Below are positions 28,971-36,486 of a DNA stretch of 64,000 bases, piece by piece. Source of the DNA: a virus (lineage: Duplodnaviria; Heunggongvirae; Uroviricota; Caudoviricetes). Every line of letters starts with the position of its first letter. Position 1 is the stretch's first letter. The stretch is from the IMG/VR virus record IMGVR_UViG_3300027126_000001. One strand, 5' to 3'. The notes under the pieces were generated by a model, which worked only from the letters and a program-made list of their open reading frames with translations, was not told the origin of the DNA and searched no databases. Made by a program: the position numbers and the translations under genes.

Positions 28971-29010
28971 AGTTGCTAGATAGAATCATTCTTCGTATCT
29001 TTAGGTATGT
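28971..29010 (+). promoter_or_regulatory. Plus-strand copy of the cassette promoter (AGTTGCTAG, 16 nt, TATCTTTAGGTATG) with no ORF downstream
   Basis: The -33-like 9-mer is identical and the spacing to the -7-like TAnnTTTAGGTAT box is the same as in the ~25 minus-strand cassettes. It points rightward into a GC-rich non-coding stretch that ends at the 29117-29145 terminator. Confidence 0.5.
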
Positions 29011-29011
29011 T

Positions 29012-29156
29012 AGAAGGGAATAAAGGGCCTGGCACTGAAAGACTGTCGGAAGAGTAGACGGTCCGGTACGCCTATTTCTGTAGTTGGTAATACCTAGTAC
29101 CTGGTGGTAAAAAAAGAAGGGCCCTGTTGGGAGCCCTTTTTCTTATGCTTGTCTTT
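29012..29156 (+). ncRNA. Candidate ~140-nt small RNA (promoter-to-terminator unit on the otherwise empty plus strand)
   Basis: Bounded by the plus-strand cassette promoter and the hairpin AAGGGC-N10-GCCCTT followed by TTTTTC. GC content is far above the surroundings (GGGCCTGGCAC...GACGGTCCGGTACGCC). Only a 16-codon ORF is possible. Confidence 0.4.
29109..29145. terminator. Bidirectional rho-independent terminator
   Basis: An A-run (29110-29115), then a GC hairpin (29117-29138), then a T-run (29137-29141). Confidence 0.55.
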
Positions 29157-29262
29157 TCTGTCGTAGGTCTTTTTGCTCTTATACACCTTGTGCTGGGAGG
29201 CTGCCCATCTCTCCTGGAGAGTTACCTGAATTGTTTTCATTACTTGCTGAGGTTTGTTTCTA

Positions 29263-29472
29263 TTAAATATCCTCTTCTAGGAAGAAAGGGTCCCCTGAGG
29301 TATCAAATGTAATAAATCCTTCTCTATTAGTATAATAGTCATTAGGTCCAGTACTCATAAAGAATAGAGTTTCTTCCTCATCATTCCTCCCTACATAGTG
29401 AGCTTTATTTCCTCTCTTATCCAAAGTATATTCAACCCCTACAACTAAATCATCTCTTTCAATTTCTCTCAT
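29263..29472 (-). CDS. Small hypothetical protein (last array gene)
   Basis: 69 aa, cassette upstream (29473-29545). Confidence 0.45.
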   Translation of the reverse strand: MREIERDDLVVGVEYTLDKRGNKAHYVGRNDEEETLFFMSTGPNDYYTNREGFITFDTSGDPFFLEEDI

Positions 29473-29574
29473 ATCGTATATGTTTTTAATTATCTATACC
29501 TAAAGATAAGAACCATTGGCCATATAAGCAACTTTTTTATAGGCTTTTTTTACCCCCGGAGGGGGACAGGAAAC

Positions 29575-29730
29575 GGGTAACTAGAACGGGTCTCAACCGG
29601 GTCTCTTAACGGGTCACTAGACGGGTAACAAAACGGGTATCTAAATCGGGTATCTCCTTACACTCTGCATTATCTGCCTATAGGGACAGGTACCAAACGG
29701 GTATCTGAAATGGGTATCTGCTTACACTAT
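29575..29730. repeat. Iteron array A: ~9 direct copies of (A)ACGGGT(A/C), spaced 11-13 bp
   Basis: cgggt occurs at 29583, 29595, 29606, 29619, 29630, 29642, 29655, 29706 and 29720. Two copies of the longer unit GGGACAGGnAAACGGGTA and two copies of GGGTATCTSCTTACACT are also present. Confidence 0.7.
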
Positions 29731-30002
29731 ATAGGATAGTTTCTTCCTATTATAGAAAAAAACTATTAGGGAGACACATACCCCTCATTTTACCTATCCT
29801 TATTCTACCATCCCTTCTCTATCGTTTTACACATCGTATATACTATACAGTACCTTTTCATACCTACTACCATATGTCTTTATACTCTTTACTAGGTTTT
29901 ACTACTCTTTATGTTTAATCAGAGTCCTTAACCTTTTACTATGTATCTCAGCAGTTCTCCCTATGTCTCTCCTTATATCTCTCCAGCTCTATATGTATGT
30001 AT

Positions 30003-30095
30003 ATTCGGGTAATAGGCCGGGACAGAAACGGGTAATTGAATGGGTATCAAATGGGTATCGGACCGGGTTTGTAGACGGGTCTCTTAACGGGTTTC
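30003..30095. repeat. Iteron array B: ~8 direct copies of the same (A)ACGGGT motif, same orientation as array A
   Basis: cgggt/tgggt occurs at 30006, 30029, 30042, 30053, 30064, 30076 and 30088, and GGCCGGGACAGAAACGGGTA recurs. The two arrays are separated by a ~270-bp tract that is C/T-rich on the plus strand. Confidence 0.7.
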
Positions 30096-30151
30096 TATAT
30101 AATATTCTCTATAGGATTGTCCATTGTCCTTATAACGTCTTCTTTATTATC

Positions 30152-30427
30152 CTATATAGTATTCTTATCTATTATATTGCTGGAGATATTATTTCTTTCT
30201 ATAGTACTTACCCCCTCTACGGATACTCTCTTTATTCTTATTTGCCAAACTTCTTTTACTCTTATGTATCCATTCTCGTCTGGCTTACCTACATACTTTA
30301 GTAAGGCCATATGACTATTCTTTTTTACTAGAGTGAATGTCTTTGGATCATAGTAGTCTCTAAGGGTAATAATATAACCTATCCTTCTACATATTCTCCA
30401 ATATAGATTTCCTATTAGCTTTTTCAT
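30152..30427 (-). CDS. Small basic hypothetical protein
   Basis: 91 aa; its stop overlaps the next gene's start. Confidence 0.4.
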   Translation of the reverse strand: MKKLIGNLYWRICRRIGYIITLRDYYDPKTFTLVKKNSHMALLKYVGKPDENGYIRVKEVWQIRIKRVSVEGVSTIERNNISSNIIDKNTI

Positions 30428-30618
30428 ACCTCTTCCAATGTCAATATTGATACTGTGTGCGGGAAGTCTTCTATGTCTCTTAACACTACTAATCCGTGTT
30501 GTGGAACTACATGGACAGCTATTCCTTGTATAGGTTTTCCTGCACCCTTTCTAGAGTTGAATGTCATTTTACTTGCTGTGTACTCCTTGGTGTACAATAC
30601 TACGTCTTCAATTTTCAT
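30424..30618 (-). CDS. Small hypothetical protein
   Basis: 64 aa. An upstream 46-aa ORF (30616-30749) overlaps it by 4 nt. Confidence 0.4.
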   Translation of the reverse strand: MKIEDVVLYTKEYTASKMTFNSRKGAGKPIQGIAVHVVPQHGLVVLRDIEDFPHTVSILTLEEV

Positions 30619-30774
30619 CTTGTATAACTAAATAAGGTTTATCATTCTCTGTCTTTTTTATTGTACCCCTTTGTATTAATTCCTGAGTACCTTGAGGATC
30701 TTTCTGAGACATTATTAGGATTGTCTCCTCCATGTAAATTACTTTCATACTACTTTTATTTAGCTTTTTAACCT

Positions 30775-30855
30775 CCTACAACTCGGAGGGTTGGGAGAAT
30801 TTGCGCGTGACACCTTCGGTAAGGAGAGAGAAGCGCCCCCTCCTTCCCTAAGTCT
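30775..30855. other. GC-rich nested-stem element in an AT-rich intergenic region
   Basis: CCTCC-N8-GGAGG, then GGAGGG[..GCGC[..CCTT-CGGT-AAGG..]GCGC.]CCCTCC. No ORF is present. Confidence 0.35.
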
Positions 30856-30961
30856 CTAGATTGAATCAATCTGTTCCTGTGTTAAACTATCTCTCCATTC
30901 TTGTACATACTTCTCATCTTCGTCAAGTAGTGCCTGTAATTCTTCTTCTGTCATAACTTAT

Positions 30962-31345
30962 TTATTTTAATATTTCTCTTAATTTAATTAATACTTTTTT
31001 CAAGTGTCTTGTATTGTCATAGTTGTTTATAAACGAACCCTGAATATCACTTGCTGTAAATAATGTCTTTGTGATATACCCTTCAAAGAATCTAGAACGA
31101 CATTGTTCTAATATTTCAGGACATTTACTCTCACTTGTCATCAATCCACATATCCAAAATCCATCTTTTTTCTCCAACAAAATATAAGGGTGATTAAATG
31201 CTGTATGCATAAAAACATCTCCTACTTTATGAAATTTAGGCTTTCTAGTAGCTGATGATCCTGGTAAACAATTTACCCATGATATTAACTGTTCTTGACT
31301 GTATTTACCCGCCTTTACTTTTTCTAATAATTGAAACTTATCCAT
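30962..31345 (-). CDS. Hypothetical protein
   Basis: 127-aa ORF. Confidence 0.45.
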   Translation of the reverse strand: MDKFQLLEKVKAGKYSQEQLISWVNCLPGSSATRKPKFHKVGDVFMHTAFNHPYILLEKKDGFWICGLMTSESKCPEILEQCRSRFFEGYITKTLFTASDIQGSFINNYDNTRHLKKVLIKLREILK

Positions 31346-31360
31346 AACCTTTATTTTTTA

Positions 31361-31483
31361 TTAAGAATTAATAACTCTACAAACCCATGCTTGAGAAACA
31401 TTAAGTCTTTGTGCAATAATAGAAGTTGTTAAATTTTCATTAAAGAATAAATCCTTTGCCATTTGTGTTTTTGTAATTTTCAT
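31361..31483 (-). CDS. Tiny helix-turn-helix protein (40 aa), not in the ORF track
   Basis: Translates to MKITKTQMAKDLFFNENLTTSIIAQRLNVSQAWVCRVINS. TSIIAQRLNVSQAWVCRVI is a textbook HTH. A cassette-like promoter lies upstream (31484-31560) and the gene probably co-transcribes with 30962-31345. Confidence 0.35.
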   Translation of the reverse strand: MKITKTQMAKDLFFNENLTTSIIAQRLNVSQAWVCRVINS

Positions 31484-31570
31484 AACCTTTATTATTTTTA
31501 ATTATACCTAAATATACGAAAAAAGAGCTGCGCTAGCAACTCTTTTATTAATTATTTTTAAAATATTTTA

Positions 31571-32407
31571 CTATTTTATATTCATCATGAAGTTACCTCC
31601 ACCACTTGTGATGTATTGAGGTACCTTAGATCCACCTCTTCTCCATGCTTCAATCCATTGTTGTTGCAATAGCATTGGTGTTAACGTTCTTTGTTTTAAA
31701 CTATTTGCTTCAGCTTCAGCTCTTGCTCTTGTAAGTGTTGATTGAGCATCTCCTTCTGCTTCTGCTACTTTGATCTTTGCTTCAGCTTCGGCTTGTTTAA
31801 CTCTATTCTCAGCCATTAAAGCTTTCTGTACTGCATTATTCTTAGCATTAATAGCATTCTTAAATGATTTTGGATATTCTAAATTAGTTGTAAATTGATC
31901 CAATACAAATCCTTCTGGTTCTAATTGTTTTCTTAGTGTAGCTTTTACCTTATTATCAAATGCCTCTCTACTTGAGATTAATTGATCTGCTGTATAACTA
32001 TTTGTAACAATTCTGAATGCTTCTGTTACCGCTGTCTTTAAGAATCCATTTTCAATACCATCTAAGTCTTTTCTATATTTGGCAAAGATTTGAGTTGCTT
32101 TATCAGGATTAATTCTATAGTTCACAATTGGGCTAACATGAAACTCTGATCCATCTTTACTATTTACTACAAATGATCCTTCGTCTGTATATTCTTTATG
32201 ACGAATATTGATTGGAAATTCATAAATTGTAGTTGTGATTGGATTATAAAACACTGTACCTGTACATTCTGTTACTCCACTCACCCCTCGTCCTGTACCA
32301 AACTTGTTTACTTTGATACCAATGTTACCTGAGTCAATATTTTCACATGACATTGTAACTGCAAAAATTGTTAGGATTAATCCTACTGCTACTAAAATTC
32401 TGTTCAT
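31571..32407 (-). CDS. SPFH / band-7 (stomatin-prohibitin-flotillin-HflK/C) family membrane protein
   Basis: 278 aa. N-terminal TM helix, then an SPFH core, then a C-terminal Ala/Glu-rich coiled coil (QAEAEAKIKVAEAEGDAQSTLTRARAEAEA) typical of HflK/YqiK-like proteins. Confidence 0.55.
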   Translation of the reverse strand: MNRILVAVGLILTIFAVTMSCENIDSGNIGIKVNKFGTGRGVSGVTECTGTVFYNPITTTIYEFPINIRHKEYTDEGSFVVNSKDGSEFHVSPIVNYRINPDKATQIFAKYRKDLDGIENGFLKTAVTEAFRIVTNSYTADQLISSREAFDNKVKATLRKQLEPEGFVLDQFTTNLEYPKSFKNAINAKNNAVQKALMAENRVKQAEAEAKIKVAEAEGDAQSTLTRARAEAEANSLKQRTLTPMLLQQQWIEAWRRGGSKVPQYITSGGGNFMMNIK

Positions 32408-32442
32408 AACTTGTTGTTTAAATTTGATTTATAATTAATTGT

Positions 32443-32934
32443 TTATTTTTCTAAAATTACTTTTGCGAATGTAGAATCTACTTTCATCTTCTCCATCAAC
32501 TCTTTAGCTGACATATTCTTAGCTTCGTCTAAGATCTTTTGTTTTTGATCTTTGATATTCAAATCTACTTTAGCTTCTGATGCCATGTTCTTTAACTCTG
32601 TTACTACAAAGTTGGATAACTCATGTGGAATTTGTTTAGCAGTTGAATCTGTTGTTAAGAAATTCATTGTTTGACCTCCTGCTACAATTAGTAATGCATC
32701 TTTCTTACTTGGAGTAAAGATAAATAAACTCCAGAATAAAAATGCAAATGGATAGGACCACCACATCCACTTTCTAGCTTGTACAGCTGAATCATCTTCA
32801 CCATTACCTCGGCAAATAAAATTAACTACTGTTGAAATAACTACTACAGCTGTAAAAATAAATAATCCTACTTTAAACATGTCCCTTGCATTGTCTGCAA
32901 CTGTTAACCAATAAAATAATTCTGTGTAATTCAT
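32443..32934 (-). CDS. Two-TM membrane protein
   Basis: 163 aa, with two hydrophobic helices in the N-terminal half. Confidence 0.4.
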   Translation of the reverse strand: MNYTELFYWLTVADNARDMFKVGLFIFTAVVVISTVVNFICRGNGEDDSAVQARKWMWWSYPFAFLFWSLFIFTPSKKDALLIVAGGQTMNFLTTDSTAKQIPHELSNFVVTELKNMASEAKVDLNIKDQKQKILDEAKNMSAKELMEKMKVDSTFAKVILEK

Positions 32935-32991
32935 AACTTATTTGTTTTTATTATTATACCTAAATATACGAATAATATTGTTAGGAGGCAA

Positions 32992-33342
32992 CTATTTTAG
33001 CCCTAATTTTTTTCTTTTCCAATTTTCTTTTGGACCTATTGCAAACATATCATCAATTCTTTTCTTATTTTTGCTCCATATAGGAATAACACCTACATAT
33101 TCTATATAGTAAGGAAATAACCAATGAATTCTCCAAGATTTTTCTATATTTTTCTTTAAGTATTTTGGTTGTATTCTATAACAATACTCTGATTGATATA
33201 CCTCGTACTCATCTGATATCTTATTTAGATATTCTTCTAAAAGATTGTCATTAAGTATACCTTTGTTTTCAAGAATGAAAAAACTTGACAATATAACTGT
33301 TAATATAACTGCTAGAATTGTTAAAATTAATAAAAATACCAT
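32992..33342 (-). CDS. Small membrane protein
   Basis: 116 aa, N-terminal TM. Confidence 0.4.
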   Translation of the reverse strand: MVFLLILTILAVILTVILSSFFILENKGILNDNLLEEYLNKISDEYEVYQSEYCYRIQPKYLKKNIEKSWRIHWLFPYYIEYVGVIPIWSKNKKRIDDMFAIGPKENWKRKKLGLK

Positions 33343-33344
33343 AA

Positions 33345-33566
33345 CTACTCCTGTTTTTCTTTATTAATTTCTTCCTCCGGCTTGAGTACTTTCAACAAAT
33401 ATAATCCTAAGAATGCAAACGCTACACCCACTATTGCAAGTACCACTATTCCTAAGTTGAATAAATAACTATCTGGTCTATTCATTAAGTATAGTCCTAA
33501 GTCCATTAATTGCACTAACCCAAAGGCTATTATCAATCCTGCTAAAATTTTAATAACTGTCTTCAT
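33345..33566 (-). CDS. Small two-TM membrane protein
   Basis: 73 aa. Confidence 0.4.
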   Translation of the reverse strand: MKTVIKILAGLIIAFGLVQLMDLGLYLMNRPDSYLFNLGIVVLAIVGVAFAFLGLYLLKVLKPEEEINKEKQE

Positions 33567-33773
33567 TAACTAAATAATTTATTTGTTGTTTACAATCTTC
33601 AATACTACTACCTGTACCGCTAGGTTCATCACAATTATTAGTATTATAAAATAAATACTTTACACTTTCAAGGTGCCCATAATTATAATCATTTATTAAG
33701 ATTTTATAACCTTTATAATCTACCATAACTTATTAATTTTAATACTTTAATACTACTCCTAATTTTTCCATAA

Positions 33774-33986
33774 TTACAATTCGTTTTCTTTTGTCCCTGA
33801 AAGTGCATCTACGTCTGCATACTTAGCATTTACTTGCTCAGCTAATACCTCTCTCAGCATTTTAATATTTTCTGATCCTACTTCCCGTAAAGCTCTCAAA
33901 GGTGATTTGTAGAGCTTAGGATGTATTTTTCCATTTTTCAGCACTACCTGAAAATAGTTTTTTGACTTCTCTGCTGCTTTTGTCAT
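33774..33986 (-). CDS. Small hypothetical protein
   Basis: 70 aa. Confidence 0.35.
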   Translation of the reverse strand: MTKAAEKSKNYFQVVLKNGKIHPKLYKSPLRALREVGSENIKMLREVLAEQVNAKYADVDALSGTKENEL

Positions 33987-33992
33987 TGTATT

Positions 33993-34232
33993 CTAGTCTA
34001 TGTATATTAATTTTCCTTGTTCATCTTCTATTTTTGTTACTTGCATTTTCTTATCTAAATTCTCTAGCATTACTCGTCCGTTCATTTGGAAGTACATATT
34101 GAAGGCTTGTTGGAATATTTCAAAGGGAGGTGTTACTCTACTGCTGTCTTTATTTTCTAAGAAGTATTGATAAAACCAAGCCAGATCATACTGGCCTGAT
34201 TTTCTCATCTGTATATACTTTTCCCTATCCAT
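33993..34232 (-). CDS. Small hypothetical protein
   Basis: 79 aa; ATGA overlap with the next gene. Confidence 0.4.
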   Translation of the reverse strand: MDREKYIQMRKSGQYDLAWFYQYFLENKDSSRVTPPFEIFQQAFNMYFQMNGRVMLENLDKKMQVTKIEDEQGKLIYID

Positions 34233-35056
34233 TAGTTAATGAATGCTGTTGCTAATTTAAAAAGCTTTTGATTAACTTCTAAATCTTTTTCGAATGACTT
34301 AATCTTTCTAACCTTTCTTACTTTAGCACCATTTAATGCTGCTGAATATCCTCCTTGAGTAATCTTCTCCTGGATTACATTAAATACTTTCCAAAGGTCA
34401 TTTCCTTTATCTTCCTCTCTTGTAGGAGTTAAAACGTCTTGAATAGTTTCTTCATCCCATACAGCATCGATTCTATTAGTTCTCAACTGCATTGCATCGA
34501 TAGCTAATTGTCTCTGCTCTACAGGGGTTAATTCTCTTAACTGCATTTTGTTAAGAATCTGTACCTTATTAGGAAGATCAGCTACTGCTTGAGATACTAC
34601 ACCTCTTAATTCTTCGAAGGTATACCCTTTGTGACGGATTTTGAATGCTGAGAATTCCTCATCAGCTACTACAAGTCCATTTGAGCATACTAATCTGTAG
34701 ATACCAACTCTAAATTGAAATGAATTAAATCCATCATGAGAGTTAGTTAAAATGATTCTCGGAAAAGCATCATCACCATTCTTACCTTTAATCATAAGAT
34801 CTGGATTCTGAAATGATACCATGTGCTTGGAGAAGATTGTAGTCTTATCAGACTTTCTAGCCTTTCTTTGAGAGGCTGTTACTGGTAACCATCCTAACTT
34901 TTCTAAGTCATCGATGATAGTTTCAGTATTAACATGTAAGTATTTATCACTTACTTTGTTGCTTGTCGGCTCTGTAGCAAATGCTACTGGTGCTAAAGCT
35001 TTTACTTGATCTTTTGAAAGGTAAGAATCTAAACCTGTGTTGAATTTTGATAACAT
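34232..35056 (-). CDS. DUF932-like protein (phage/plasmid-associated)
   Basis: 274 aa. ILTNSHDGFNSFQFRVGIYRLVCSNGLVV matches the NSHDGS...R.VC.NG signature of the DUF932 family. Confidence 0.4.
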   Translation of the reverse strand: MLSKFNTGLDSYLSKDQVKALAPVAFATEPTSNKVSDKYLHVNTETIIDDLEKLGWLPVTASQRKARKSDKTTIFSKHMVSFQNPDLMIKGKNGDDAFPRIILTNSHDGFNSFQFRVGIYRLVCSNGLVVADEEFSAFKIRHKGYTFEELRGVVSQAVADLPNKVQILNKMQLRELTPVEQRQLAIDAMQLRTNRIDAVWDEETIQDVLTPTREEDKGNDLWKVFNVIQEKITQGGYSAALNGAKVRKVRKIKSFEKDLEVNQKLFKLATAFIN

Positions 35057-35140
35057 AACTTATTGTTTTTAATTGATTTCTATACCTAAAGATATGAATA
35101 AAGATTTATACTAGCAACTAATCTACAAACTTTTTTTAAT

Positions 35141-35392
35141 TTAATCTACAAGACCTAACGTCTTGGCCCTATAGTAACTTACTTCTTTACCTGTTTTAGG
35201 ATTTAAGAACATTTGTTTTGTTTTAGGAAGATTGGCCTTAATCTTTTCCTTTTTAGCAAATTCTTCTAAATAACCTTTAGGGTATTCAAACTCTGCCTTC
35301 TCTATACCAGATGTAATACTATGTGTCCTATATGTATAAGTTGTAATAATTCCAGTATGCTCACAAGTAAAGATTGATACTAATTTTTTCAT
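35141..35392 (-). CDS. Small hypothetical protein
   Basis: 83 aa. Confidence 0.35.
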   Translation of the reverse strand: MKKLVSIFTCEHTGIITTYTYRTHSITSGIEKAEFEYPKGYLEEFAKKEKIKANLPKTKQMFLNPKTGKEVSYYRAKTLGLVD

Positions 35393-35691
35393 AAACTTTT
35401 ATCTTTTAGTTCCTTAATCAGCAGGAATGTATCAATAGCTTCATCTGACATCTCCCACTCTTCGTAATGCTTTAGGCAATTCTCTAGAGCTATTATCCAC
35501 TCTTTTGATGTAAGTGAGATTTCAAAAGATGTATCTATTCCCTCCATCTCTATTTCAAATAAGAGAGCTGTCTTCTTACCGCTCTTCATAGCTTCCTCAA
35601 TGCCCTCTCGAATATTGTCTGTCATATCGACTGACTTTTCTCTGAAGATTTGTTCTAACTCCTGTAGGTCTTCTATCTCTAATTTCCTCAT
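35389..35691 (-). CDS. Small acidic hypothetical protein
   Basis: 100 aa, coupled to its neighbours. Confidence 0.4.
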   Translation of the reverse strand: MRKLEIEDLQELEQIFREKSVDMTDNIREGIEEAMKSGKKTALLFEIEMEGIDTSFEISLTSKEWIIALENCLKHYEEWEMSDEAIDTFLLIKELKDKSL

Positions 35692-36017
35692 ATACGATTA
35701 CTATTTGATAATGATTTTTGATTGACTGGCATCTCTGGATTTGTTACGATTGTTTCTGTATCCATTCTGATTACTTCTACATTTGATTGTACAATATAGA
35801 CTGGACCATTATACTCGTATGTATGCATTGGTACATTGAACATACTATCTCCTAAGCCCGGCTGTTTGATAGGCTCAGTTATTCTTCTCTTTCCGTCAAA
35901 TGATCTGAATTCTCTAGCTGTAGTACGGTACCAATTACCTTTTATACAAACCTCACATACTCCTGAGGTATTAAAGTCGTATATTAATTTTGCGGTATTA
36001 CCTGTCTTCTCTGCCAT
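35688..36017 (-). CDS. Small hypothetical protein
   Basis: 109 aa. Confidence 0.4.
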   Translation of the reverse strand: MAEKTGNTAKLIYDFNTSGVCEVCIKGNWYRTTAREFRSFDGKRRITEPIKQPGLGDSMFNVPMHTYEYNGPVYIVQSNVEVIRMDTETIVTNPEMPVNQKSLSNSNRI

Positions 36018-36074
36018 AACCTTTATTTTTTTATTTAACTAAATATACGAATAAAATCTCTACCAGGCAACTTT

Positions 36075-36449
36075 TTATTGAAGAAGTTTAATTCTCGTAT
36101 ACCCGTCAATGTGTATTTGATTTTCACCTTCACCAGATGCTCCTTTAATAGGAATAAATAAATGCCCATGCTCTATTCTTAGTCTACGTACAATATTCTC
36201 AAACAAATACTTTTGTACATGTCTGTTATCTACAGGAAAATCGTATGCAAAAATATCATCATTACAATACCCTCTCATAGTCTCTATTGTAGGTACTTTA
36301 AAGATCAGTACTTTATTTTTAAAGAGCTTCTGAATATAATAGTCAATTGCTCTTGTGGTATTTCCGTACCTTCTAATACTTACATACCCTATCTCTTTAG
36401 CTCTTCTCTTAATGAAGTCTTCTACGTCTGCATTTATTAAATATTCCAT
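36075..36449 (-). CDS. Hypothetical protein
   Basis: 124 aa. Confidence 0.4.
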   Translation of the reverse strand: MEYLINADVEDFIKRRAKEIGYVSIRRYGNTTRAIDYYIQKLFKNKVLIFKVPTIETMRGYCNDDIFAYDFPVDNRHVQKYLFENIVRRLRIEHGHLFIPIKGASGEGENQIHIDGYTRIKLLQ

Positions 36450-36486
36450 AACCTTTATCTTCTTATTTATACCTAAATATATGAAC

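Noticed and set aside
20960-29550. Possibility that the ~70-bp repeats form a CRISPR array
   Set aside because: The repeat units are ~70 bp, directional, contain promoter-like boxes and an ATG, and are separated by 150-800-bp segments that are clean ORFs. There are no short uniform spacers and no cas genes.
29548-29574. TTTTTTTACCCCCGGAGGGGG hairpin as a terminator
   Set aside because: The U-run precedes the hairpin on the plus strand, and only an A-run follows it on the minus strand. It is in the wrong orientation for intrinsic termination on either strand, so it is treated as a structural boundary of iteron array A.
29963-30314. ORF-track ORFs 29963-30301 and 30117-30314 (+), and 29127-29312 (+)
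   Set aside because: They fall in the iteron / polypyrimidine region or across the bidirectional terminator. They have highly biased, repeat-driven composition, no promoter and no conservation signal. The region is treated as non-coding and regulatory.
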